DNA of 64,000 bases from Eledone cirrhosa (taxonomy: Eukaryota): NCBI GenBank assembly GCA_964016885.1, contig OZ024744.1, forward strand, positions 80,476,001-80,540,000, in the 5' to 3' direction. The position numbers and the translations under genes are program-made. This document shows, one piece after another, positions 36,836 through 53,901 of this stretch (position 1 is the stretch's first letter; every line of letters starts with the position of its first letter). The notes under the pieces were generated by a model, which was given only the letters and a program-made list of their open reading frames with translations, ran no database searches and was not told where the DNA came from.

Positions 36836-38652
36836 AACTTTGAATAACTTTGAAATGTTTTGGCCAGTATTGGCCCAGGCCATGTCTAACTTAATAGCAC
36901 CACCTGGCGAAGTCTTTCAATTCAGGATTTGGGCACCATGGCCCATTCGAGAAGAGAATTACTGTTTGCGGAGACATATCCGGGTGTGGGTGGTTTGTCC
37001 GGGATTACTTGGAGGAATTTGTCCAAAGACTTCTTGAATTTTGTGTGGTCAGTTTCTGTTTTGACATGTCCTGGTGTGATGTTGAAGAGAGCAGGGCCGA
37101 TTGAGGTGAAATAATTGTGCCGTATTGTTGTTATGAGTTGCGATTTAGATTTTTGAATGGGACGGATAGCACGGGGCCCAAGCCTTGGGTGTATCTTGAA
37201 GGCGATGCCAACATCATTTGGGCAGTGATGATGGAACATTTTCCACATCATGCAGATAATATAACGCTCACGGCGACGTTGGAGTGAGTAAAGTTTCAGG
37301 TTTTCCAATCGACCCCAGTAGTCAAGGTCTGACATGCCATCTATCTTTTTCGTGATTGCCCTTTGAGGAGCTTCAAGTTTCATGATATTTTGTTTCGTGT
37401 GGGGAGACCACAGTGAACAACAGTATTCAAGGTGTGGTCGGGCGAAAGTAGAGAAGAGAAGGATAATGGTGCGGGAATCTCTCGACTGGAAGGTTCTGAG
37501 GATCCAGGAACACATTCTGCTGGCCATGTCAACTTTGCTGCTTATATGCGTGGTCCAGCTTATGTTGCTGTCCACGGTTACTCCCAAGTCTCTGATGTTG
37601 TTAGATGCCACGAGAGTTTCCCCGGAGGGAAGGGAGTACGGGAGTTTCAGAGCATCCTCTTTTCCAAAGTGGATCAGTTCGAATTTGTCTTCGTTCAGTA
37701 ACATGTTATTCTTTTCTGCCCATTGGGTAACAGCCAGTAGGTCTGACTGAAGGCTTATCCGGTCATCCACGCCATTGATGACCTTTTGGAGCTTGGAATC
37801 ATCAGCGAAAATTTTAATGTTGCTGTGTTTGATGATGTCAGTGATGTCATTAATATAGATGATGAAGAGAAGTGGGCCCAACACAGTGCCTTGTGGGACT
37901 CCACTACTGACTTTGGCTGGGCTTGATTTGACTCCCTCAACTACAACATGTTGGGTTCTGTTTGACAGGAAGCTCTTGATCCACTGCAGCAGCTTTCCAG
38001 TGACACCAATATTGGACAGCTTTCTCAGTAGAATGTTATGATCAACCCTGTCAAAGGCCTTGCTGAAATCAAGGTAGATAACATCAGTGTTGGAACCCTC
38101 TCCCAAGGCTCTCAAAATGTCATCAAAGTGATGCAGTAGCTGCGTCAGGCAATCCCTTCCATTACGGAATCCATGCTGGTTGGAGTTCAGCATATTGTTA
38201 CTCTCAAGGAAGTGGGTCATTCGCGATCTCACCACTCGCTCAAATACCTTAATGATATGAGAGGTGAGTGAGATTGGACGGTAATTCACGGCAAGGGATT
38301 TGTTTCCCTTTTTGAAAACTGGGACAACAGACTGGGATAGGTTTTCTGGCACATATCCAGCATCCAGTGAGTTCCGCCACAGATTGGCAAGAGGAGATGC
38401 AAGTTGGTGTTGACACGCCTTCAAGACACAAGCAGGGAACCTATCGGGACCTACTGCTGAATTATGCTTGATTTCCTTTATTGCCGCCAAGACATCAGGG
38501 GCGCCAAACGTTATGTCCGATAAGGTGTAATGGGGAGTAACATCGCCGATACAGCCCAGATCGGCCATATCAGGATTGCTGAAAACAGAGCAGTATTGTT
38601 TCTGCAGTATCTCACCCATGGTTTTAGCATTGTCTTGAAGAGTGCCATTTTC
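36836..38652 (-). mobile_element. 5'-truncated CR1-group LINE: uninterrupted RT and C-terminal frame (38650-36922), 3'UTR and (TTCAAAGTTA)2 tail
   Basis: [61 protein letters not shown]. Confidence 0.92.
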
Positions 38653-38724
38653 ATATATATATATATACATACATATACATACATACACATACATACATAT
38701 ACATACATACATATATACATATAC

Positions 38725-38758
<34 letters not shown>

Positions 38759-38795
38759 ACATACATATATATATATACACATACATACATACATA

Positions 38796-38836
<41 letters not shown>

Positions 38837-39016
38837 ACACATACATACATACATACATACATATACATACATATATACATATACATACATATATATATAT
38901 ACATACATATATATATATACATACATATATATATATATATACATACATACATATATACATACATATATATATATACATACATATATATATATACATACAT
39001 ATATATATATATATAC

Positions 39017-39050
<34 letters not shown>

Positions 39051-39248
39051 ATATACATACATACATATATATATATACATACATACATATATATATATAC
39101 ATACATATATATATATACATACATACATATATATATATACATACATATATATATATACATACATACATATATATATATATACATATATATATATACATAC
39201 ATATATACATATATATATATACATATATATATATACATACATATATAC

Positions 39249-39279
<31 letters not shown>

Positions 39280-39480
39280 CATACATATATACATATATAT
39301 ATATATACATACATATATACATATATATATATATACATACATATATACATATATATATATACATACATATATATATATACATACATACATATACATACAT
39401 ACATATACATACATACACATACATACATATACATACATACACATACATACATATACATACATACACATACATACATATAC

Positions 39481-39514
<34 letters not shown>

Positions 39515-40176
39515 ACATACATATATATATATACACATACATATATATATATACATACATATATATATATACATACATATATATATATACATACATATAC
39601 ATACATATATACATATACATACATATATATATATACATACATATATACATATACATACATATATATATATACATACATATATATATATACATACATATAT
39701 ATATATACATACATATATATATATACATACATACATATATATATATACATACATATATATATATACATACATATATATATATACATACATACATATATAT
39801 ACATACATACATATATATATATACATACATATATATATATACATACATATATACATATATATATATACATATATATACATACATATATATATATACATAC
39901 ATATATACATATACATACATATATACATATATATACATACATATATACATATATATATATATACATACATATATACATATATATATATATACATACATAT
40001 ATACATATATATATATACATACATATATATATACATACATATATATATATACATACATATATACATATATATATACATACATATATATATATATGTATAT
40101 ATATATATGTATGTATATATATATATGTATATATATATATATGTATGTATGTATATATATATATATATATATGTGT

Positions 40177-40217
<41 letters not shown>

Positions 40218-40265
40218 TATGTATGTATGTATATGTATGTATGTATATATATGTATGTATGTATG

Positions 40266-40307
<42 letters not shown>

Positions 40308-40310
40308 CAT
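38653..40310. repeat. TA/TACA microsatellite with a strand-polarity switch at ~40090
   Basis: ACAT units up to ~40085, ATGT units afterwards. Confidence 0.95.
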
Positions 40311-43300
40311 ACCCTAAAGGGTCGCGCTAACGAGGTTGTAGAAATGCTTGAACGTAAGGAGGTCGATGTTTGTTGTATTCAAGAGACCAGGTGGAGGGGT
40401 GGGTCTGCTAGGTTCATTGAGGGTAAAAAACGTTGTTATAAGCTTTTCTGGGTGGGAAACGACGATGGGCTGGGTGGAGTAGGAATCATGGTAGCAGAAA
40501 AGTGGGCAGATAAGATAATAGACGTAAATAGAGTGAACGACAGAATAATTAAAATACGACTTGTCCTCAATAGAACTACGGTGACAGTAATATCTGCGTA
40601 CGCACCCCAATCCGGACTGCCCGGCACTATAAAAGACAGATTCTATGAGACACTGATGCTAACTACCTCCCAAATATCCGACAGTGACTATATAATTATC
40701 GCAGGCGACCTAAATGGTCACGTTGGACAACATTGTGACGGCTACGACGAAATCCATGGAGGCTATGGGTTTGGTACTAGAAATGAGGAAGGCTCCAGAA
40801 TCCTGGAATTCTGTGATGCAAATAACCTAACTATCTGTAACACTAACTTCAAAAAACGTGACAATCACCTGATCACCTATAGATCCGGGGAACACACAAG
40901 CCAGGTAGATTATATCCTTACCAGAAGACGTGACAGAGTGTCTGTTGTTAACACTAAATCCCTCCCCCATGAAGAATGCACCTCCCAACATAGACTGATA
41001 ATTAGCGACCTCATAGTCAGGACGAGACGTACTCGACAACAGAAGAGGACTATCCTCAGGAGGAAAATATGGAAGCTAAAGGACCCCACAGCCAGGAATA
41101 AATTTCAAAGCATATTACTTGATGCTTTCGACAGTAAGGAAGAACATTTAGAGTCGGACAATATAGAGGGAGAGTGGGAATTTCTGAAAGCAAACCTGCT
41201 GTTGGCGACAGACGAGGTCTGTGGCTGGAGCAGGCCTGTAGGCAGGAGGAGAGTAACATGGTGGTGGAACAGTAAGGTGGAGGGGTCAATTAAGGCCAAA
41301 AAGCAGGCTTGGAAAGTATGGCGGGATGGGGGAAGTAGAGAGGACTATCAAGTGGCCAGGAGGGAAGCTAGGAGACAAGTGTACTTAGCAAGAAGGGAAG
41401 CTGAGGAAAGAAAGTTCAAGCATGTTCTACAACGCGATGACCAAAAACGTGAGGTGTTCAGGATTGCTAGGCAATGCGCCAAGGAAAACCGTGATATTGT
41501 CGGGGAGAAGTGTGTACTAAACGACGATGGCACACTTGCCATCACCGACGCTGATAAGAAGGTAGCTTGGAAGTGTCACTATGAAAGGCTTCTAAATGAG
41601 GAGAATAATTGGGAGAAAGGCAGTCTCCCCCATATCGACCCAATAGAGGGACCAGCAGTGTTAGTCGAGGGGAGTATAATAAGTAAGGCAATCAAGGATA
41701 TGAAGACTGGTAAGGCGGCTGGGCCTTCGGAAATAGTTGCTGAGATGCTGAAGGCATCTGGCACGGTGGGACACACCATGGTCACCCGCATAGTTAACCA
41801 AGTCGTACAGAACGGGGTTGTTCCGAAGGACTGGCATAGCAGCATCATCGTTAACTGTTATAAGGGTAAAGGAGACGCCCTAGATAGGAGTAACTATAGA
41901 GGCATTAAATTAATCGACCAGGTCATGAAGGTCACGGAAAGAGTAATAGCGCAACTAATCAGAGAGAGAATTGACCTAGATGAAATGCAGTTCGGGTTTG
42001 TGTCAGGCAAAAGTACCACAGACGCTCTTTTCATAGTACGACAACTACAAGAGAAGTACCTAGCTAAAGGTAAACCCCTCTACTTAGCTTTTATCGACTT
42101 GGAGAAAGCCTTCGACAGAGTCCCCCGCTCCATTATCTGGTGGGCTCTTAGAAAACTAGGCGTTGACGAATGGCTTGTGAGGGCTATACAAGCCATGTAT
42201 AAAGAAACAGTCAGCAAGGTTAGAATTAACAACGAATATAGTGAAGAGTTTAGCGTAAAAGTCGGCGTCCATCAGGGCTCTGTTCTCAGTCCACTACTAT
42301 TTATTATTGCCCTTCAGGCCATAACAGAGGAGTTCAAGACAGGCTGCCCATGGGAACTCCTATACGCAGACGACCTGACACTCATAGCGGAATCAATGGC
42401 CGAGCTAGAGAAGAAATTCCAAACATGGAAGCACGGCCTAGAGTCAAAAGGACTTAAAATTAACCTGGCTAAGACCAAAGTACTAGTTTGTAGGAAAGAA
42501 AACAAGGCGGCGGTCCCTTCTGGGAAATGGTCGTGCTCGGTGTGTAGGAAAGGCGTAGGTAGAAACTCCATTTTATGTCCTAAATGCAAAGTATGGGTGC
42601 ATAAAAGATGTAGTGGGATCACAGGTAGGCTAACTAAGAACATAGATTTTACATGTGGCCGGTGCTCTGGTGCAATAAGTAGCAGCAAGTGCCCACAAAC
42701 TACTAGCTCTTTCAATTGCGCAGAGGGTTCTATAGAAATAGTGGACAGCTTCCGTTACCTGGGCGATAAAATCAGCAGTGGGGGAGGGTGCTCTGAAAGT
42801 ACTGTAGCTAGAGTCAGAACTGGTTGGAAAAAGTTCAGAGAGCTTATACCACTATTAGCTGCTAAAGGGTTCTCACTAAAAATGAAAGGCAGGTTGTACG
42901 ATGCCTGCATACGAACAGCAATGCTGCATGGCAGTGAGACCTGGGCATTGTGTGCAGAGGATATACGCAGACTAGAGAGGAACGAAGCTTGCATGCTCCG
43001 CTGGATGTGTAACAGTAATATACGTGAACGGCAAAGCATAAACGAACTAAGGAATAAATTAGAGATAAGAGGGATCAGATGTTGTTTACTCGAGAGAAGG
43101 CTACGTTGGTATGGACACGTGATGCGCATGAAAGTCGATAGCTGTATAACAAAGTGCAGGGCAATAAAGATAGACGGTAGTCACGGAATAGGCAGACCTA
43201 GAAAAACCTGGGACGAGCTGATAAACTCCGACATCACACACTTACACCTCTCCAAGACAATGTCACTGGACCGAGACCTTTGGCGGTACTCAGTAACAGA

Positions 43301-43319
43301 GAAGACCCGCCTTACCTAA
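40311..43319 (+). CDS. RTE-clade LINE ORF (APE endonuclease, RT, PHD-type zinc finger); stop-free but lacking the first few residues
   Basis: [31 protein letters not shown] (APE); [31 protein letters not shown] (RT); C..C...C..C....H..C...C..C; YLG; RRLRWYGHV. Confidence 0.9.
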   Translation, partial: TLKGRANEVVEMLERKEVDVCCIQETRWRGGSARFIEGKKRCYKLFWVGNDDGLGGVGIMVAEKWADKIIDVNRVNDRIIKIRLVLNRTTVTVISAYAPQSGLPGTIKDRFYETLMLTTSQISDSDYIIIAGDLNGHVGQHCDGYDEIHGGYGFGTRNEEGSRILEFCDANNLTICNTNFKKRDNHLITYRSGEHTSQVDYILTRRRDRVSVVNTKSLPHEECTSQHRLIISDLIVRTRRTRQQKRTILRRKIWKLKDPTARNKFQSILLDAFDSKEEHLESDNIEGEWEFLKANLLLATDEVCGWSRPVGRRRVTWWWNSKVEGSIKAKKQAWKVWRDGGSREDYQVARREARRQVYLARREAEERKFKHVLQRDDQKREVFRIARQCAKENRDIVGEKCVLNDDGTLAITDADKKVAWKCHYERLLNEENNWEKGSLPHIDPIEGPAVLVEGSIISKAIKDMKTGKAAGPSEIVAEMLKASGTVGHTMVTRIVNQVVQNGVVPKDWHSSIIVNCYKGKGDALDRSNYRGIKLIDQVMKVTERVIAQLIRERIDLDEMQFGFVSGKSTTDALFIVRQLQEKYLAKGKPLYLAFIDLEKAFDRVPRSIIWWALRKLGVDEWLVRAIQAMYKETVSKVRINNEYSEEFSVKVGVHQGSVLSPLLFIIALQAITEEFKTGCPWELLYADDLTLIAESMAELEKKFQTWKHGLESKGLKINLAKTKVLVCRKENKAAVPSGKWSCSVCRKGVGRNSILCPKCKVWVHKRCSGITGRLTKNIDFTCGRCSGAISSSKCPQTTSSFNCAEGSIEIVDSFRYLGDKISSGGGCSESTVARVRTGWKKFRELIPLLAAKGFSLKMKGRLYDACIRTAMLHGSETWALCAEDIRRLERNEACMLRWMCNSNIRERQSINELRNKLEIRGIRCCLLERRLRWYGHVMRMKVDSCITKCRAIKIDGSHGIGRPRKTWDELINSDITHLHLSKTMSLDRDLWRYSVTEKTRLT

Positions 43320-43711
43320 ATATATAGTAAAACCTACTCCAGCCAGTAGGCATCTCTAACAAAATACACCCCGTCCCACCACCCCCACCCGATCCACACC
43401 ACCCCGTTCTATGTAAAGTTATGTTGGTGCCGCGCCATCGAGGCCGAAACAAATGAGATCGTGTAGGTGTCACGACAAAAAAACACACAGTCCACGCTGT
43501 AATGTGGCCGTGTAGGCAACACGGTAAAAACCTCCCAGACCCACACTGTAAATGTGGTTGGTGTTAGGAAGGGCATCCAACTGTAGAAAACCTGCCAGAC
43601 AGTCCTATGCGAGCAAGACAATCACTCTTGCCTCAAGTGGGACTACCCCCGTCCAAACCCATGCAAGCGTGGAACACGGACGTTAAACGTTGATGATGAT
43701 GATGATGATGA

Positions 43712-43713
<2 letters not shown>
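43320..43713 (+). mobile_element. RTE 3'UTR and (GAT)n tail
   Basis: Ends GGACGTTAAACGT(TGA)n. The same tail occurs on many SINEs and remnants in the window. Confidence 0.85.
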
Positions 43714-45724
<2,011 letters not shown>

Positions 45725-46297
45725 TGGTGGCTGCCAACTCGTTTTCGAGTACGGCCACTACTTTATATCCATGTAGGAGAACCCCTACCGATGCGCTGAA
45801 CGAGTGTGACTTTTTAGTCCAGCCAGCGACTTGAAAACTCTGGTACAAACACTACACTTGTGACAATTATTGGCACATAGTGCTGGGCCCATGGTACCAT
45901 GTGACGACAAGTGCAGAGAGATCTCCAGATATAAAGCAATGCCTGTGCCGTGAAGCTTTTATAGTGAACAAAGGCACTGCACAAAGCCAGTCCCACTCTC
46001 TTAACCAAGATGATATTTACCAAAAGGAAGAACAAGTCAACATCATTGGATACCATCAGGGTTGCAGGTGTTATATCAGAGTTTTCCTTCTCCTAGAATT
46101 CTGCCTTGACAAAGGCTAAGGGGTCATCTCTCCCGGTGATTTTGGATGGCCATTGACTCTTAAGAGCTCCTTTGCCCTTTGACAGGTTTTGTTTTTAGTC
46201 CTGCAGGATGTCCAAAGTCACCCACCTCACCAAGAAACCTTGGTGGGGTTGCCAGTTTAGTCGCCAACGACCCGACCATGAGACAGGTTGTACTGGG
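45725..46297 (-). mobile_element. non-autonomous RTE-derived element (5'UTR-like part plus 3' tail)
   Basis: Minus strand has CTAGGAGAAGGAAAACTCTG. Its 3' end TACTCGAAAACGAG.TGGCAGCCA matches the tail at 57870 and the related copy at 61652-61990. Confidence 0.55.
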
Positions 46298-46319
46298 ATA
46301 TATATATATATATATATAT

Positions 46320-46352
<33 letters not shown>

Positions 46353-47294
46353 TACATATATATACATACATACATACATACATATATATATACATACATA
46401 TATATAGATACATACATATATATATATAGATACATACATATATACATACATATATATATATAGATACATACATATATATATATATAGATACATACATATA
46501 TATATATAGATACATACATATATACATACATATATATATATATACATACATATATACATACATATATATATATAGATACATACATATATATATACATACA
46601 CACATATATATATACATACATATATATATACATACATATATATATACATACATATATATATACATACATACATATATATATACATACATACATATATATA
46701 TACATACATACATATATATATACATACATACATATATATATACATACATACATATATATATACATACATACATACATACATATATACATACATACATACA
46801 TACATATATATATAGATACATACATATATACATACATATATATATATATAGATACATACATATATACATACATATATATATATATAGATACATACATAAA
46901 TACATATATATATACATACATAAATACATATATATATACATACATAAATACATATATATATACATACATAAATACATATATATATATACATACATACATA
47001 TATATATATACATACATAAATACATATATATATATACATACATAAATACATATATATATATACATACATAAATACATATATATATATACATACATAAATA
47101 CATATATATACATACATACATACATATATATATACATACATACATACATATATATATACATACATACATATATATATACATACATACATATATATATACA
47201 TACATACATATATATATACATACATACATACATATATATATACATACATATATATATATATATACATACATATATATATATACATACATACATA

Positions 47295-47326
<32 letters not shown>

Positions 47327-48953
47327 CATACATATATATACATACATACATATATATATACATACATACATATATATATACATACATACATATATATATA
47401 CATACATACATATATATATATACATACATACATACATATATACATACATACATACATATATACATACATATATACATACATACATATATACATACATACA
47501 TATATACATACATACATATATACATATATATATACATACATACATACATATATATATATATATACATACATAAATAAATACATATATATATATACATACA
47601 TACATACATACATACATACACACATATATATATATACATACATACATACATACACACATATATATATATACATACATACATATACACATATATATATATA
47701 CATACATACATATACACATATATATATATACATACATACATACATACATATACACATATATATATATACATACATACATACATATACACATATATATATA
47801 TACATACATACATATACACATATATATATATACATACATACATATACACATATATATATATACATACATACATATACACATATATATATATACATACATA
47901 CATATACACATATATATATATACATACATACATATACACATATATATATATACATACATACATATACACATATATATATACATACATACATATACACATA
48001 TATATATACATACATACATATACACATATATATATATATATACATACATATACACATATATATATATATATACATACATATACACATATATATATATATA
48101 TACATACATACATATACACATATATATATATATACATACATACATATACACATATATATATATATACATACATATACACATATATATATATACATAAATC
48201 CATATATATATATATACATAAATACATATATATATATATACATAAATACATATATATATATATATATATACATAAATACATATATATATATATATATATA
48301 TACATAAATACATATATATATATATATATACATAAATACATATATATATATATATATACATAAATACATATATATATATATATATATACATAAATACATA
48401 TATATATATATATATACATAAATACATATATATATATATATATACATAAATACATATATATATATATATACATAAATACATATATATATATATACATAAA
48501 TACATATATATATATATACATAAATACATATATATATATATACATAAATACATATATATATATATATATATATATACATAAATACATATATATATACATA
48601 AATACATATATATATATACACATACATATATACACATATATATATACACATATATATATATAAATACACACATATATATATATACACATATAAATATATA
48701 TATATACACATATACATATATATATATACACATATACATATATATATATACACATATACATATATATATATACACATATACATATATATATATACACATA
48801 TACATATATATACACATATACATATATATATACACATATACATATATATATACATATATATATATACACATATACATATATATATATACACATATACATA
48901 TATATATATATACACATATATATATACACATATACATATATATACACATATAC

Positions 48954-49002
<49 letters not shown>

Positions 49003-49119
49003 TATATATATACACATATACATATATATACACATATACATATATATATATACACATATACATATATATACACATATACATATATATATATACACATATA
49101 CATATATATATATATACAC

Positions 49120-49152
<33 letters not shown>

Positions 49153-49248
49153 TATATATACACATATACACATATATATATATACACATATACATATATA
49201 TATATACACATATACATATATATATACACATATATATATATACATATA
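46298..49248. repeat. ~2.95 kb TA/TACA microsatellite
   Basis: Directly visible, with blocks of distinct higher-order units. Confidence 0.95.
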
Positions 49249-49435
49249 TTACCCACTCTACTACCCTAAGTATTGGGTACTTTGGTGCGTAATGATCCAT
49301 CTGGTTCCTTACCACAATTCCTTCGTTATATATATATATACATACATATAGTAATAATAATAAAATTGAAGACTAAAATCCAAAGAGGGCTCGATAAGGA
49401 AAATATATATCAAATATATAAGAACCGTAGAGCAA

Positions 49436-50662
49436 ATATTTATTAAAATAACAGATTAAAGTTTAAGAAAAGAATCGCTGCTTTCACCCTTAACGGGATC
49501 TTCTGAAACTAACAAAGTCAATCTGTAAACGCAGAACTGGATATTTCAAAAAACGTTGCAACCGGAGGAAGACAGGAAGATGTTACTTTGGTTCGTGGAA
49601 ACGTTCGCTGGCAAAGAACGGGAAAAAACGAATAATACGTCATTAATAGGAGTGGTGAAAAACAATTACGCGCAAAGACAGAACCACGTTTATGGTATAA
49701 ATGAGGTCGTAGACTAATGTTCTCTTAGGTGGTGCATAGAGACGTTCTCTGGCAATGAACGAAAATAATACATCATATGTGGAGCGTGGGGAACAATAGC
49801 ACGCCAAGACAAAACCACGTAAATGGTATAGCAGAAGTCGTAGACTAAAATTCTAACTAGGAGACCAAATGAATCTCCGCTACAGAGTTAGGAATAAGTA
49901 AATAAATACAATACAGAAGTAATAGAAACAAATAAATACATACACGCAAACAGATACGTACATACACAAGCATACGCAAAACCTTACCATAGGTCTACAA
50001 AACCATGCACATATAAATATGTGTGTGTGTGTATGCTTGTATACAAAAAAATAAATAATTATATAAACGTATATAACAAGCGCACACGCATACCTACATA
50101 TAAATACACATATACACACACCCACCATACGTACGAACCTGCATACTCACGCAGACGCAAAACTCCCGTATACACATAGCCAAACCCTAAATACGAGAAT
50201 ATGTTCTTAACTCTGTAGCGGAGATTCATTTGGTCTCCTAGTTAGAATTTTAGTCTACGACTTCTGCTATACCATTTACGTGGTTTTGTCTTTGCGTGCT
50301 ATTGTTCCCCACGCTCCACATATGATGTATTATTTTCGTTCATTGCCAGAGAACGTCTCTATGCACCACCTAAGAGAACATTAGTCTACGACCTCTTTTA
50401 TACCATAAACGTGGTTCTGTCTTTGCGCGTAATTGTTTTTCACCACTCCTATTAATGACGTATTATTCGTTTTTTCCCGTTCTTTGCCAGGGAACGTTTC
50501 CACGAACCAAAATATCGTCTTCCTGTCTTCCTCCGGTTGCAACGTTTTTTGAAATATCCAGTTCTGCGTTTACAGATTGACTTTGTTAGTTTCAGAAGAT
50601 CCCGTTAAGGGTGAAAGCAGCGATTCTTTGCTTAAACTTTAATCTGTTATTTTAATAAATAT
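49436..50662. repeat. fold-back element (~460-bp arms, ~305-nt spacer) with family B hammerhead-like motifs at both outer ends
   Basis: Arms 49436-49896 and 50202-50662. Motifs at 49460-49510 (-) and 50588-50638 (+). Confidence 0.88.
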
Positions 50663-50689
50663 ACATATATATACATACATATATATTAT

Positions 50690-51028
50690 ATCATCATTTC
50701 ATTTTTACGTCCACTTTTCCCTGCTTGCAAGGGTGGGACAGGAACTGATTCTGGCTTTATTTCTACAGCTGGATGCCCTTCCTAACACCAACCTCATTTA
50801 CAGTGAGTGCTGGGTGCTTTTTTGCCGTGGCACCTCCACGACCACTTTGCAGTGGAATGATAGGGACGCCAGTCCCTATCATCTGATTTCTACAACTGAG
50901 TAAACTGGAGCAATGTGAAATAAAGTGTCTTGCTCAAGGAAACAACACATCACCTGGTCTGAGAATTGAACTCACAACCTTTCGATTGCAAGGCCAATGC
51001 TCTAACCACTGAGCCATGTACCTCCATA
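50690..51028 (-). mobile_element. full-length SINE family 2
   Basis: Colinear with 32945-33291. Confidence 0.85.
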
Positions 51029-51045
51029 TATATATATACATACAT

Positions 51046-51078
<33 letters not shown>

Positions 51079-51255
51079 CACACATATATACATACATATA
51101 CACATACATATATATACACATATATACATACTTGTATATGCACATATATATGCACATATATATATACATATATATACACACATATATATATACACACATA
51201 TATATATACATACATATATATATATACATACATATATATACACATATATATACAC

Positions 51256-51292
<37 letters not shown>

Positions 51293-51649
51293 CACATATA
51301 TATACACATATATATACACATATATATATACACATATATATACATACATATATATACACATATATATATACACAAATATATACATACGTATATATACACA
51401 AATATATATACACAAATATATACATACGTATATATACACAAATATATACATATATATAAACATATATATATAGACACACACATATATATATATATATATA
51501 TACACATATATCTATAGACACATATATATATATATACACATATATATATATATACACACATATATATATATACACACATATATATATATATACACATATA
51601 TATATATATACACATATATATATATATACACATATATATATATATACAC

Positions 51650-51682
<33 letters not shown>

Positions 51683-51683
51683 T

Positions 51684-53120
51684 AAATTAAATTTATAAAT
51701 TTCCGGTTGGTTCCATAACCAGATTATTCATATATTGTCAAAGTTCTTTCATCACACATTCAGACCTCTTCAGTGACTGGGGATTCTTTTCTTTGTTTTT
51801 GTGCCTCTCCTTTCTTCTGTCCTACGCCATCTTGTTTTTGTGTGTTGTATGCTTAGTTTGTGCATGTGTTACATCCAGGTGTCTGTGTGTGTTTATATTT
51901 GTTTATTTACATGTTACTGGTTGGTTGTTTATTCTATGTGTGTGTGTGTGTTTTCATTTTGTCCTTAATTGTAAGTTGAGATGTTGTTGTTCCATTCATG
52001 TTTTCTATTTAATTTTGGTCGGAGTTCATTTATGTTTATTGCCTCTGTGATTTGTCTAAACATTGCGTTTTTTCTGTGTAGATTCTATTTTTATTTCTAT
52101 GTTCTCTAATTTACCCTTATGTTCTATTTTAGCATGTTGGTGGAGAACAGATGATTCTTTACTATCTTGAAGCTCTCGCCAGTGTTCATTTATCCGTTCC
52201 CCAATTCTACGAGCTGTCTCACCTATGTACACTATATTCTTATCTCTACATTGTCCGTCAGTACATCTTATGCTATATACTACATTTCTAGTTTTACAGT
52301 TAATATGGGGGCTTAATTTACAGATTATACATTTCTTATCTATACAGGGAGGTCTTTGAAAAGGGTATGTATCGCTAATAAGTGTTTTTATGGAGGTACC
52401 TGGTCTTTCTACTATCTTAATATTGAGTTTATGTTTATCTAGGGCCCTTCTAAATTTGTAAGCTAATTCACCTCTAGAAGTATTTATTGCTATCATACCA
52501 TGAGTTTATTCTATTAACCTTATTCCTAGTTCTTTCTATTCTATTCCAAAATTTGCTCCTATACAAGGGGCAGGTCTCATTTGTATCATTATTTACCATT
52601 TTTTCCCATTTGGTTCTGGCTCCTCTATATACTCAGATTTTATCTATCTGATTGTAACCAGAGAACTGCATACGGTGGATGAAGTGTTGTATGTGTCTCT
52701 CTAGTTCTTTGGGGTTGCACATGCGGGACACGTTTCTCATCACCCGTACCAAATCCGCAATCAGTATGTTGATTTTGGTATGGTCCGAAACAGCTGAGTA
52801 ACATGTAAATAAACAAATAAATAAACAAATATAAACACACAGACACCCGGATGTAACACATGCGCAAACTAAGCACACAACACACACAAAAACAAGATGG
52901 CGTAGAACAGAACAAAGGAGAGGCACAAAAACAAAGAAAAGAATCCCCAGTCACTGAAGAGGTGATGAAAGAACTTTGACAATATATGAACAATTGTCTG
53001 GTTGTGGAACCAACCAACCAACGGGAAATTTATAAATTTAATTTATAATAAATTGAAGTGAAAGCAACTGGTGCGTGTGTTTCTTATTGGCAACATGACC
53101 CTCCCAAAGTATAACAATAT
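51684..53120 (-). mobile_element. 5'-truncated Penelope-like element (family C) with an inverted terminal copy at 52797-53120
   Basis: Minus ORFs: DLVRVMRNVS...RMQFSGY, and C....C.IC.....C...NVVYSIRC...YIGETARRIGERINEH (GIY-YIG). Hammerheads at 51737-51777 (-) and 52950-52980 (+). Confidence 0.88.
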
Positions 53121-53404
53121 TGGTTTCAACACACGTTTTCAGATAAAGAATCTTGCTAAACAAATTCAGAAACGAAATATATATATATACATAGACATAT
53201 GCAAGCGTGGAAGATGGACGTTAAACGATGATGATGATGATATATACATATACATATATATATATACAGACATATATACATATATATATGTCCCACCTTG
53301 CAAGCAGGGAAAAGCGGACATAAAATGATGATGATGATATTATTCAAAATGTTAATAAATGAAAAATATTCTCATAATCAAATGAACCATATTAATCTTT
53401 GGTC

Positions 53405-53435
<31 letters not shown>

Positions 53436-53448
53436 CATATACACATAT

Positions 53449-53856
53449 ATCTATATATATAAAACTGATGTTGTCTGTGTCTTCATTTTTGCAAAGTCTA
53501 TACAAATCCACATTTCTACTCCGAATGACTTCAAACTTGCATTTATATATTCCTTGCGGTCTAAAGATATTAACTGCAGATTTTATTTTTCAATTCTCTC
53601 TTGTTAAAGAGGTGTTAGGCAGCACCGGTTATCCATCTCCGTCGCGCTCTTATAATATCTATTTGTATGCCTGGCTGTCTGCATTATGACATTCTGACAT
53701 ATTATCTTCGCTACACTCACACAGACGCACGCGCGCACATATATACATATACACACACACACATATACAAACACATATATAAATATACACAGAAAAATAT
53801 ATGTATATATACACACACACACACACACACACATATTTATATATACATACATACAT

Positions 53857-53901
<45 letters not shown>

